Below are positions 31,904 through 40,950 of a stretch of DNA of 64,000 nt, one piece after another. Numbering within the stretch: position 1 is the first letter of the stretch; each line of letters starts with the position of its first letter. Below the pieces are notes generated by a model. That model ran no database searches, was not told where the DNA came from, and was given only the letters and a program-made list of their open reading frames with translations. The DNA comes from an uncultured Chloroflexia bacterium (GTDB lineage Bacteria; Chloroflexota; Anaerolineae; JAAYZQ01). The position numbers and the translations under genes are program-made. The stretch is from the NCBI GenBank assembly GCA_963700285.1, contig CAVOXA010000001.1:64001-128000 (forward strand), given 5' to 3'.

Positions 31904-34900
31904 TCACTGGACCGTCAACGGCAGATACACCTCAAACCGCACATTCTCCACCTCCAGATCCACCTCGTGCGGCGTCAGATCGTTGGCCCAGGCCAGCTTT
32001 GTCCCTGCCTTCGCCGCCACCCCATTCACCCGGAAAGCCAGCCGCTCCCCGTCCCGGAAGCCGGGGATGGGCGGCTCGCCGGGGTCCTGGCCATAGACGT
32101 GTATGTAGCCGTACTCGCCCTCATGGCGGACCACGGTGCAGCCGGCGACCTCGCCGCGGGGCGTCAGGACCTCGACCATAGTCCCCAGCGGGGCCGGGTC
32201 GTCGCCGGCCGCCAGCTTGCCGTAGACCAGGGTGAAGGTGGGCGTGGGTGACACAGCGCCGCAGGCGGCCAGATCCTCTTCGGGATGGGTGACCTGGGCC
32301 AGGGCCGCGCCGGTGGGATAGACCAGGCTGGTCGCCTGCGTGGTGTGGATCATGTAGCCCTGGCCGGGCTCCATGTGGGTCAGGGTACTGTGTACCGGAT
32401 CGCCGGGGGAGTAGGTTTGGCTCAGGCTATGGACCAGGTCGTACTGGCCGTCGATGCTGGCCAGGGCGGTCTCGATGGGCAGGGTCGTGTCGGGCAGGTA
32501 GCCGATCCAGTTCCAGCCGGCAGCCAGGGGCAGCGGCATGTCGATGGGGATGGCAAAGCCCTGGACTTGAAGCCCCGCTTCAATCCCACCCTCGAGGCGC
32601 AGGTAATAGCTCGCCGCGCCGGGCAGTTCGTTGAGGGTCTGGTAGATGGGGTCCAGGTTGCAGTCGTGGACACCTGTCTGGCTCAGGACGCGGCAGTAGA
32701 GGCCGTCGATGGAGGCCAGGACAGCGGCCACAGAGGGGTCGGGCGGCTGCACCCGCCAGGAGGCCACGTTCCAACCAGGCGCCAGCGTCCGTGCCGTCTC
32801 GCAGAGTGGAGTAGTCTCGCTGGCGACGTTGGAGTAGGCGGAGTACCGGTTATCGCCAGACCAGTAGGCCCGGACGCGGTAATAGTAGGAGAAGCCGCAG
32901 TCCAGCCTGCTGTCCTGGTAGGTGGTCGTGTCCGCGGCCACGGTGACGATCTCGGTCCAGCCCGTGCTGCCATCAGGTGAGCGCTCAATGTGGAAGGCGG
33001 TCTCGTCGGGCGAGTTGTCCTGCCAGGTCAGGTCGATCTCAGTTTGTGAAGAGGCTGCAGCCGCCAGGCCGTCGGGAGCCGGGTAGTCGCCAGTCACCCG
33101 CACCTCGTCCAGAGCATAGCCGTCGGTGGTGATGGGATAGTTGTCGTAGAACTGGAACCGGATCAGGAAGTGATCGTTGAGGGCAAGTCCCCCGGCCGCG
33201 GCCGCGGCGTCCAGGTCGATGGTTTCGCTGCGGAAGGCGGCGCCCCCACCATTGAAGGACAGGGCCTGGTGCCAGGTACCGCCATAGTCGCCGCTGAGAA
33301 AGACGCCGTCGCCGGTATCGTTCTCGTCGCCGAACTCGCGCCAACGGAACTCGAGGGTGACGTCCGCTTGCCCGGCGAGGTCGACCATGAGGTCGGCGGC
33401 GGCATAGGAGTAGATGGTGTTTTCGGCATAGTCATCCAGGAGCAGGCTGTAGGAGCCGGCGTCGGGGTAGCCTGTCGAGACCTGTACCCGGCCCTCGTCG
33501 GTAGTATAGGGGAACCAGCCAGCATCTAGTGCGCCAGACTCAAAGCCGTCGTAGAAGGGCAGCGCTTCCCCAGCGGCCAGGACAAGGCTCCAGGTATCGG
33601 ACCAATCGGTGTCGCCGCCGGCCAGGGTGGCCTTTACGCGCCAGTGGTAGGTCCTCAGCGCCAGGGGAGCGGCAGGCGTGTAGGAGGTGGAGGCGGTGGG
33701 CTGGTCGACGAGGGGCGAGGAAAAGGCGGGGTCATCATCGACCTGGAGTTGATAGGCCGTGGCCCCTGACAGGGAGACCCACTCAAAGGTTGGTGTGGTG
33801 TTGTAGGTCCTCGCCCCATCGGCCGGCCGGTAGAGATAAGGGCGAGGGTTGCCCAGGCTGTTGATGGCGGCCTGGAGGTCGATGCGCGGTTTGGTGATGC
33901 CATTCCGGCTGTCGAGGATGGGTACGCCGGTGCTGGTCAGGGCGGCGAGGATCTCGGCCACCGATGCGCCGGGCTGGGTTGATTTGAGGACGGCCCAGGC
34001 CCCGGTCACGTGGGGGGTGGCCATGGAGGTGCCGGCCCAGGCCTCGAACCCGCCGCCGGGCACCGAGGACAGGATGTTGTCGCCGGGGGCCAGCAGATCC
34101 AGAAAGCTGGCGCTATTGGAGAAAGAGGAGACCGTGTCCGCCGGAGCGTGGGAAGTGCTGGACCCAACGCTGATCACCGTGGAAATACAGGCGGGTGCCA
34201 GCATGGAGTCGCTGTAGCCATTGTTGCCCGAGGCGGCGACAGTGGCAATGCCCACCGCGCGCAGGTTGTCGACGGCGGCCTTGCGGCTGGCCTCCGCGGC
34301 GTCACAGGCCGCATAGTAGCGATTTCCACCCAGGCTCAGGTTCACGGCGGCGATGTCGAAATCGTTGCGCAGCGCGTAGACGCGCTCCAGGGCGAGAATG
34401 ATGTCCGAGTTGTAGGCCAGGATGCAGGGGGCGGTCCTGGGACTGCAGATCGTCGCGTCGTCAAAGCGCGAGAAGACCTGGACGGCGATGACGTCCGCAG
34501 CCCGGGCGACGCCGTCAAAGCTGCCGCCGTCGCCGGCGGCGATGCCGGCGACGTGCGTGCCGTGCTCGCAGCCGCCGACAGACACGGAGCAGTTGATCCC
34601 GGCGCCCGGGCCGATCTGCTCGTCCAGGCCGTTGGGGCAGACGGTGATGGCGTCCGCGGTGGTCGAAGAATAGCAGGCTTCGGAAACGACCTTGCCGCTC
34701 AGGAAAGCGTGCGCGCCATCCACACCGCTGTCCAGGATGGCGACGGCCTGGCCCGCACCCTCATAGCCGGCCGTCCAGGCATCGTCGGCGTTGATCAGGG
34801 GGATGCTCAGATCGAGGCTGGGCGGGATCGCGATGTCTTCGACCAGGCTCTGGACCAGGGGGAAGGCGGCCAGGAATTGGAGCGCCCCGGCATCCACCTG

Positions 34901-35233
34901 CAGGGCCATGAAGGGGATGAACTGGAACTGTTTGACGGAGGTGACGTCATAGCTGGATAGCTGCTGCAGTAAGAAACTCTGTGTACCACCGATGGTCGCC
35001 CTTTGCTGGACGACGGCCTGGGGGCCGGATAGCGCGCCCTCGGGCTCAAAGGCCAGGTCCAGCCCGACGATGATGGGTACACTGCCCTGGCTCAGGGCCT
35101 TGGCCGCCAGGGTGGCGTAGACCTCCTGCCCTGCGGGTGCCCCGACAGGCGGCGGCGGCGTCTGGGCGCTGGCGACGGTCACCAGGCAGAGGATGCTCAG
35201 AAAGGTACTCAGGACCACGCTCCGTCGTTGCAT
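31904..35233 (-). CDS. Secreted S8 (subtilisin-like) serine peptidase with FN3/Ig-like accessory domains
   Basis: Signal peptide; ILDSG, HGTHVAG, GTSMATPHV triad; FN3 (LTWQDNS..ETAFHIERS); C-terminal VYLPL motif. Confidence 0.92.
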   Translation of the reverse strand: MQRRSVVLSTFLSILCLVTVASAQTPPPPVGAPAGQEVYATLAAKALSQGSVPIIVGLDLAFEPEGALSGPQAVVQQRATIGGTQSFLLQQLSSYDVTSVKQFQFIPFMALQVDAGALQFLAAFPLVQSLVEDIAIPPSLDLSIPLINADDAWTAGYEGAGQAVAILDSGVDGAHAFLSGKVVSEACYSSTTADAITVCPNGLDEQIGPGAGINCSVSVGGCEHGTHVAGIAAGDGGSFDGVARAADVIAVQVFSRFDDATICSPRTAPCILAYNSDIILALERVYALRNDFDIAAVNLSLGGNRYYAACDAAEASRKAAVDNLRAVGIATVAASGNNGYSDSMLAPACISTVISVGSSTSHAPADTVSSFSNSASFLDLLAPGDNILSSVPGGGFEAWAGTSMATPHVTGAWAVLKSTQPGASVAEILAALTSTGVPILDSRNGITKPRIDLQAAINSLGNPRPYLYRPADGARTYNTTPTFEWVSLSGATAYQLQVDDDPAFSSPLVDQPTASTSYTPAAPLALRTYHWRVKATLAGGDTDWSDTWSLVLAAGEALPFYDGFESGALDAGWFPYTTDEGRVQVSTGYPDAGSYSLLLDDYAENTIYSYAAADLMVDLAGQADVTLEFRWREFGDENDTGDGVFLSGDYGGTWHQALSFNGGGAAFRSETIDLDAAAAAGGLALNDHFLIRFQFYDNYPITTDGYALDEVRVTGDYPAPDGLAAAASSQTEIDLTWQDNSPDETAFHIERSPDGSTGWTEIVTVAADTTTYQDSRLDCGFSYYYRVRAYWSGDNRYSAYSNVASETTPLCETARTLAPGWNVASWRVQPPDPSVAAVLASIDGLYCRVLSQTGVHDCNLDPIYQTLNELPGAASYYLRLEGGIEAGLQVQGFAIPIDMPLPLAAGWNWIGYLPDTTLPIETALASIDGQYDLVHSLSQTYSPGDPVHSTLTHMEPGQGYMIHTTQATSLVYPTGAALAQVTHPEEDLAACGAVSPTPTFTLVYGKLAAGDDPAPLGTMVEVLTPRGEVAGCTVVRHEGEYGYIHVYGQDPGEPPIPGFRDGERLAFRVNGVAAKAGTKLAWANDLTPHEVDLEVENVRFEVYLPLTVQ

Positions 35234-35646
35234 AGCTCGGATCCTCCAGACCCTTTTCGTTCCGCAAAGCTCCTGCTGAGAGTATCAGTACACCACAATA
35301 CCCTGCTTCACGCTGGTCCGTGACCAGCGTTTTCTGTTCGAAAACCGGCGAATCCGTGATTCGCTTCAAGCCTGTAAGGACCCATTGCGGTGTACTGAGT
35401 ATAACACACTATGGGGGGTTGGATCAAGCAAGGGCATGGGGCGGGTGGGTGTGGGTTTTGGTGGAGGAAGGGGGTGAGCAAGGTGAGATTTGACCGCGAA
35501 TGGCTTTCGGTGTACAGTTGGTTGTCCTGAAGGTACAGGGTCGGGGCGTGGCTGCCCGGTATGCGAAGAGAGGATGGGTTCCTGAGCCGATGCCAAATCG
35601 GCTGGGATTGACGGCCAAAGCAAAGTGCTGGAACCAGGGGAGCATC

Positions 35647-36861
35647 GTGGCGGAACAGAGCTACAGGCCCAAAATAGACCGCAACCTGCGTACCGTAACG
35701 GGCAAGACCTTTCTCAACGGCTTGGCCTCGAGCATGACGCGCGCGGTCATACAGCCCTTTGTGCTCAGCCTGGGTGCGCCGATGAGCGCCCTGGGTTTTC
35801 TGGAGAGTCTGGGCGGGATGCACGGTCTCCTGCCTTCGGTTCTGCAGTACTACAGCGGCTGGCTGTCAGACCGCCTGGGACGAAAGCCCTTTCTACTCCT
35901 GGCCAACGCCTGTGGGGTGTTGGGCATCGGACTGCTGGTCGTTGCCGCCCTTACGGAAAACTGGCTGTGGCTGGCGCCAGGCTTTGTGCTAGCCTGGGCT
36001 ACGTTGATGGGCGATCCGGTCGACCGGTCGGTGGTCGCCGAGTCGTCGCCGATCAGCGGCCGGGGTGCGGCCTACAGCCTGCTGATGATGGCCCATGCGG
36101 CGCCCGGGATCTTTGCCCCGGCGCTGGGCGGCTGGATGGCTGTCCGTTGGGGGTTCGTTCCTGTCTTTGGCCTGGAGGCTCTGCTCTACGCGGCGGGCCT
36201 GCTGCTGGTCCTGCGCTTTCTGCGCGAGACCTTCCACCGTGCCGGCGAGCGGATCAGTTGGAGCAAGCTCAAGGCCGCTACCCGGCAATTGGTCGTACCC
36301 CCCCGAGGCCTGCGCGGCTACTATTGGACGATGGCCGTCGATAGCTTTTCCTGGGGACTGACCCTGTCGCTCCTGTTCGGCATGTTAACCAAGACCTATG
36401 GCTTTTCTACCTTCCAGTTGGGCATCATGTCGAGCCTGATGGCCCTGACCTGGACCCTCAGCCAATGGCCCGTAGGCAAGCTCATCGACCGCTTTGGGAG
36501 CAAGCCCATGATGCTCGTGTCCCAGTTGGGCGGCATTCCCATTGTTCTGAGCCTTGCCTTTGCTTCTACATTCCCCGCATTTGCCGCGATCTATGCCTGT
36601 GTCGGCGTAATGGCCGCGACTTGGCTGCCGGCTCAGATAGCGATCCTGGCCAACAGTACGTCCGAACGTGGGGTCGGGGAGGCGATGGGCCGGCTGGCGG
36701 CCTTCCAGGGGTTGGTTGGATTCCCTGCTCCGTTTGTCGCCGGCCTGCTGTACGATAGGTTTGGCTTCCGGGCGCCCCTCCTGGCCGGGCTGGCCGGGAT
36801 CGTGCTCACCATCGTAATGCTGGCCGTGCTGGTCAAGGAGCCGCAGCGGGAGAGCGGCTAG
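35647..36861 (+). CDS. MFS transporter
   Basis: GWLSDRLGRK and GKLIDRFGSK motif A repeats; about 12 TM helices. Confidence 0.88.
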   Translation: MAEQSYRPKIDRNLRTVTGKTFLNGLASSMTRAVIQPFVLSLGAPMSALGFLESLGGMHGLLPSVLQYYSGWLSDRLGRKPFLLLANACGVLGIGLLVVAALTENWLWLAPGFVLAWATLMGDPVDRSVVAESSPISGRGAAYSLLMMAHAAPGIFAPALGGWMAVRWGFVPVFGLEALLYAAGLLLVLRFLRETFHRAGERISWSKLKAATRQLVVPPRGLRGYYWTMAVDSFSWGLTLSLLFGMLTKTYGFSTFQLGIMSSLMALTWTLSQWPVGKLIDRFGSKPMMLVSQLGGIPIVLSLAFASTFPAFAAIYACVGVMAATWLPAQIAILANSTSERGVGEAMGRLAAFQGLVGFPAPFVAGLLYDRFGFRAPLLAGLAGIVLTIVMLAVLVKEPQRESG

Positions 36862-37097
36862 GTCGAGCCTCCCCTACTGTTCCTGGCCGGAATGGCCAAC
36901 AAGTGACGGTGCATGCATCATCTGGAGCTACACCACCGGCACATGGTCGCGGTTGCTTGCACGACGCGGAGCCTTGCAGCGCGAGCGCCCAAAACCTGGT
37001 TTCAGTGTCAGGTTCTAGGCGCTGTTGGTGGTGCCGGGCAATTGGTTTTTCGTTTCGCAGGTGTCGCCTTGCCGTTCCTTTGAGGTTCAGGTCAGCA

Positions 37098-37586
37098 TCA
37101 GCAAACCTCACAGGCTTGGTTTGCCACGGCCGCAGCACGGGCCTCGCGCTGCAAGGCAGCATAGTATTCGGAGGGGTCATTCCAGTTGCCTGCGCTGACC
37201 GCACCGGTTCCGGTGTCGCTGGCAGCAAGCTTCAGAGCACCGTAGGATCCGGCGAAACTCGGAAATGCCTCACCGACGGCAACCACTCCGGCGTCGACGG
37301 CAGCAAGCCTCAGAGCACCGTAGGACCCCGCAAAACTCCAGATCGCCTCTTTGGTGGCTGCTGCACTGGCCTCACGCTGTAGGGCGGCATAGTATTCGGA
37401 GGGGTCATCCCAAGGCACGTCATTACTGGCTGCTCCCCTGCTGGCCTCACGCTGCAGGGCAGCATAATACTCTGAGGGGTCATTCCAGTCCGCGTCGCCG
37501 GATCCCTCACCGGCCATGGCCACCGCACCAAGGGAAGCCATGGACATCACTGTGACCACGACGAAAAGGAACTTTTTGGTGTTCAT
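37098..37586 (-). CDS. Secreted hypothetical protein built of two repeat types
   Basis: GGAGG RBS, signal peptide; 3x W(N/D)DPSEYYAALQREA, 2x SFAGSYGAL(R/K)LAA; C-terminal CEVC. Confidence 0.75.
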   Translation of the reverse strand: MNTKKFLFVVVTVMSMASLGAVAMAGEGSGDADWNDPSEYYAALQREASRGAASNDVPWDDPSEYYAALQREASAAATKEAIWSFAGSYGALRLAAVDAGVVAVGEAFPSFAGSYGALKLAASDTGTGAVSAGNWNDPSEYYAALQREARAAAVANQACEVC

Positions 37587-37682
37587 CAGACTCTACCTCC
37601 GCTGCTTCTGGCTGGTTTTTCTCCATAGGAGGTCCAGAAGCCAAAGCCATTGTCCGCCAAGGGACTTTGGCTCTGCCCTTCT

Positions 37683-37730
37683 ACTATACAGCATGAGGGT
37701 ATACAGATTGCATACGGGATACATACAGGA
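37683..37730 (-). promoter_or_regulatory. -10 element plus three 11-bp-periodic direct repeats
   Basis: TATAGT on the minus strand (37683-37688); ATAC(A/G)G at 37701, 37712, 37723. Confidence 0.5.
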
Positions 37731-37835
37731 AGCTTGCAGGGAATTCTAGCGAGCCTGGGGCAGGGAATGTGGATTCACGGAGGATGGTGCGGAAGTGGCC
37801 ACCAAAGGCGGTCTGTGCAGTGCGGCGAAGGCGGA

Positions 37836-38444
37836 TCAGGAGCCAGTGTTGTGCCCAGGCTCGGTGCTTGCAGACTGCTTGGTCGTGCGCTGTGTCCTGG
37901 TGTTCAGGGTGTTGTACCGCGCAGATGCAAGGGGGTCCGCGTCGCGGCGGGCCCAGGTGGTCAGGGTCAGGCGGCCATTGGCGAAGGTGATGCGCCGGGG
38001 TAAGGCATCTGGCGCGAACCAGGCCGCGCCAGCGGCATCGTCACCGATCTGGAGTCGACGGGTCAGTGGGCGAGCCAGGTAGTATACGTTGACGGTCGGC
38101 CCGTCGACATACTCGTCCAACCACAAGCCGAGCAGGCCGGTCAGCTCGATCTCTAGGCCGGTTTCCTCAAAGGTTTCACGGATGGCCGTACCGGCGGGGT
38201 GCTCGTCCACCTCACAGAAGCCGCCCGGTATGTCCCAGTAGCCTTTTAAAGGCTCGATGCTGCGCCGGATGAGCAGAACCTTGCCGTTGCGGATGACCAG
38301 CGCGCCGGCGCAGGGGATGGCATTGTGCCAGTGGATGTGGCCGCAGTTGGGGCAGACGCGACGGGGACGTTCTTCGATCACCTGCTCCACCAAGGGCGCG
38401 CCACAGGTCGTTCAGAAAGCGGCGCCGGGCGGGGAAGGATCCAT
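37836..38444 (-). CDS. NUDIX hydrolase with N-terminal Zn ribbon; in-frame TGA at 38412-38414 at the first Cys position
   Basis: MDPSPPGAAF-TGA-TTCGAPL…VCPNCG; Nudix box GGFCEVDEHPAGTAIRETFEETG. Confidence 0.85.
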
Positions 38445-38454
38445 GGGGCGTCTC

Positions 38455-39231
38455 TCAGCTCGAGGGCAGGGGCAGACGATCCATCATCCAGGCGTAGCTT
38501 TGCTGCCAGACCGATTCCCGCTCGCCGTCGACCAGCAGATTGTGGCCCGAATGCTCGAGCCAGGTCAGCGTCTTGTCGGCCGAGGCCACACCCTGGTAGA
38601 CGATCTCTGCGGCCTCGGGGGACAAGGTGGCGTCGTGCCGGCCCTGGAAAATGAGAACGGGCTGCCGGATCCTGGACAGGCTGTCGCGAACCTTGCGCTG
38701 GAGCAGATAGGCCTCGGCAGCGCCCCAGAGGGGCGTTTCATCATAGCACCAGACACGGTCCTGCGCCTCTGGATCAACGAGATCGTCGTCGCCGATCTCA
38801 CCGGTGGGGCTGTACTTGAGAAAGTAACGCAATACCAACGACAGTGGCAGCAACCGGTTCTGGACCTTGATGGCGGGGGCCAAGGCGATCAGGCCCGCAA
38901 TTTCGGGGTGCTGTACACCAAGCCACAGGGCCAGCAGCGAGCCCAGCGACAGCCCGCCGACAAAGACGTGGTCACAACGGTCCTGCAGTTCTCGCAGGGC
39001 CGCTTCCACATCGGCGGTCCAGGCCTGCCAGCGGATGCGGGTCAGGTCTTTGGGGCTGGTGCCGTGACCGGGCAGCAGGGGGCAGCGCACAGACAGGCCC
39101 TGGCCGGCGAGGTATTCGCCCATGGGCCGCGTCTCGGCGGCAGAGCCGGTGTAGCCGTGGATAAGCAGCACGCCCACAGGGCCGCCATCGGCGGCGTAGG
39201 CCAAGGGAGACAGGTACGGAGGCTGGGGCAT
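38455..39231 (-). CDS. Alpha/beta-fold carboxylesterase
   Basis: LLIHGYTG, GLSLG nucleophile elbow, SGH. Confidence 0.88.
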   Translation of the reverse strand: MPQPPYLSPLAYAADGGPVGVLLIHGYTGSAAETRPMGEYLAGQGLSVRCPLLPGHGTSPKDLTRIRWQAWTADVEAALRELQDRCDHVFVGGLSLGSLLALWLGVQHPEIAGLIALAPAIKVQNRLLPLSLVLRYFLKYSPTGEIGDDDLVDPEAQDRVWCYDETPLWGAAEAYLLQRKVRDSLSRIRQPVLIFQGRHDATLSPEAAEIVYQGVASADKTLTWLEHSGHNLLVDGERESVWQQSYAWMMDRLPLPSS

Positions 39232-39234
39232 GGC

Positions 39235-40404
39235 TCAGGCGGCCTCAAGGGGCAGGGTGAAACTAAGGGTTGTGCCCTCACCCAGTTTGCTGTGGCAATA
39301 AGCCTGGCCGCCGTGCTGTTCGACGATGGCTTTGACAATGGAGAGGCCCAGGCCGGTGCCAGGGATCTGTTGCTGGCGGCTGGCGTCGGTGCGGAAGAAG
39401 CGCTGGAACAAGCGGGCCTGGTCCTCCTCGGAGATGCCAGGGCCGGTGTCGCTGACGTCGACGACGATCTGGCCCGGCTGCGCCTGGACATCGATGCGCA
39501 CCTGACCGCCACTGGGCGTGAACTTGATGGCGTTGCTCACCAAGTTGTGCAGCACCTGCACCAAGCGGCCGCGATCAGCCAGTGGCTGGGGACAGGCACC
39601 GGGCAGCCGCCAGCCCAAGGCCAGTTCCTGCTGCTGAGCGACCGGCTCAAAGCTGCGGCCTACCTCAGCCACCAGCGCAGCGATGTCTACCGGCCGGTGC
39701 TCCAGTATCACGGCACCCGACTCGATCTGTTCGACATCGAGCAGGTTGTTGATCAAATCCCGCATCTGCAGCGTGCGGCGGAGCACCACAGCCAGGGAGT
39801 CCATGGCTTCTTTGTCGGCGGCCGCCTCGGTGTCCTGCATGACCATTTCCACATAGCTGTGGATGACCGTCAGCGGGGCACGCAGGTCATGGGCGGCCAT
39901 CCTCATGAAGGCCGATTTCTCCTGGTCGAGGCGGAGCAACTCTTTGTTGGCCATTTCCAACTGGGCGCGGAGCAGGCGGACGTCGTTGAGCTGCTGCATG
40001 ACCTGCTGGTCGAGGCGACCCTCGGTTGTGACGTCCTGGACCAACCAGACCAGGTGATCCTGGACCTCCGGGTGGGGCAGCGCCGTCAAAGAGATATAGC
40101 GCCGCTCAAGGCCGTCGCGGCCCACGCGGTTGATCATGGGCAGGTCAAACCGCGGGGATGAACGACGGGCCACGGCCTCCAGCACTTCCTCAGAGCCGAC
40201 AAGCTCAGGACAGAGATCGCTGAGGCACTCGCCTACCAGGTCGTCCTGGGTTTCCTGGAGGCAGGAGCTCAAGCCCTGGGCATGGGCAGCGATGCGCAGA
40301 TCGGCAGTGGTGTACACGACCGAGACGCGCAGATCGTCGAGGATGGTCTGGGCCAGCTGTTCGGAAACGAGGGCTGCGGTCACCTCTTGTTCCGTGAGGT
40401 TCAT
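39235..40404 (-). CDS. PAS-like sensor histidine kinase (cytoplasmic)
   Basis: HDLRAPL H-box, NLVSNAIKF, DTGPGI, GTGLGL. Confidence 0.92.
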   Translation of the reverse strand: MNLTEQEVTAALVSEQLAQTILDDLRVSVVYTTADLRIAAHAQGLSSCLQETQDDLVGECLSDLCPELVGSEEVLEAVARRSSPRFDLPMINRVGRDGLERRYISLTALPHPEVQDHLVWLVQDVTTEGRLDQQVMQQLNDVRLLRAQLEMANKELLRLDQEKSAFMRMAAHDLRAPLTVIHSYVEMVMQDTEAAADKEAMDSLAVVLRRTLQMRDLINNLLDVEQIESGAVILEHRPVDIAALVAEVGRSFEPVAQQQELALGWRLPGACPQPLADRGRLVQVLHNLVSNAIKFTPSGGQVRIDVQAQPGQIVVDVSDTGPGISEEDQARLFQRFFRTDASRQQQIPGTGLGLSIVKAIVEQHGGQAYCHSKLGEGTTLSFTLPLEAA

Positions 40405-40419
40405 GGCATCACCGAGCGT

Positions 40420-40938
40420 CTATTTGGCCAGGAGGCGCGCGCCGAGTTCCTGGAACATGGCCTCCACCTGCTCGCCCGTTTTTGCGCTGGTGAGGAAAAA
40501 GGGAGCATCGAGGTTTGAGGAAACGCAGGCGAGCTCCTCGTCGCTCATCCGGCGGTCATGGACCAGGTCCACTTTGTTGGCGGCCAGTACCAATCGGGTA
40601 TTGGGGTTTGTTTCCCGAAATCCCTTGGCATACTTGACGATACCGGCCAGGGTTTCGGGGCGGGTGAGATCGCAGGCGATCACGGCCCCGGCTGCCCCGC
40701 GATAGTAGCTGGGGACGACGGGGCCTGCGTCGGGGCCGCCGGCGAGGTCCCAGAGCATGAGGTTCAGGGTCACGTCCCCGTCGCCGCTCGTCAGGTTCAT
40801 CACTTTTCGATCGACCTTGACGCCGATGGTGCTGAGGTATCTCTCGTCAAAACTGCCCTCGACGAAGCGGCGGATCAGGCTGGACTTGCCCACTGAATAG
40901 TCACCCAGCAGGCACACCTTTATGCTCAACTTGCGCAC
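40420..40938 (-). CDS. Small Rab/Ras-like GTPase
   Basis: KVCLLGDYSVGKSS (G1), YLSTIGV (G2), WDLAG (G3), NKVD (G4), TSAKTG (G5). Confidence 0.92.
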   Translation of the reverse strand: MRKLSIKVCLLGDYSVGKSSLIRRFVEGSFDERYLSTIGVKVDRKVMNLTSGDGDVTLNLMLWDLAGGPDAGPVVPSYYRGAAGAVIACDLTRPETLAGIVKYAKGFRETNPNTRLVLAANKVDLVHDRRMSDEELACVSSNLDAPFFLTSAKTGEQVEAMFQELGARLLAK

Positions 40939-40950
40939 GATCCTCGTCTC

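Noticed and set aside
37140-37490. CRISPR array
   Set aside because: Repeats are in-frame coding repeats with synonymous variation and irregular spacing; no cas genes
38257-40161. 634-aa plus-strand ORF (and similar long shadow ORFs such as 13265-14308 and 46277-47596)
   Set aside because: Antisense to well-supported genes; expected in high-GC DNA; no recognisable motifs
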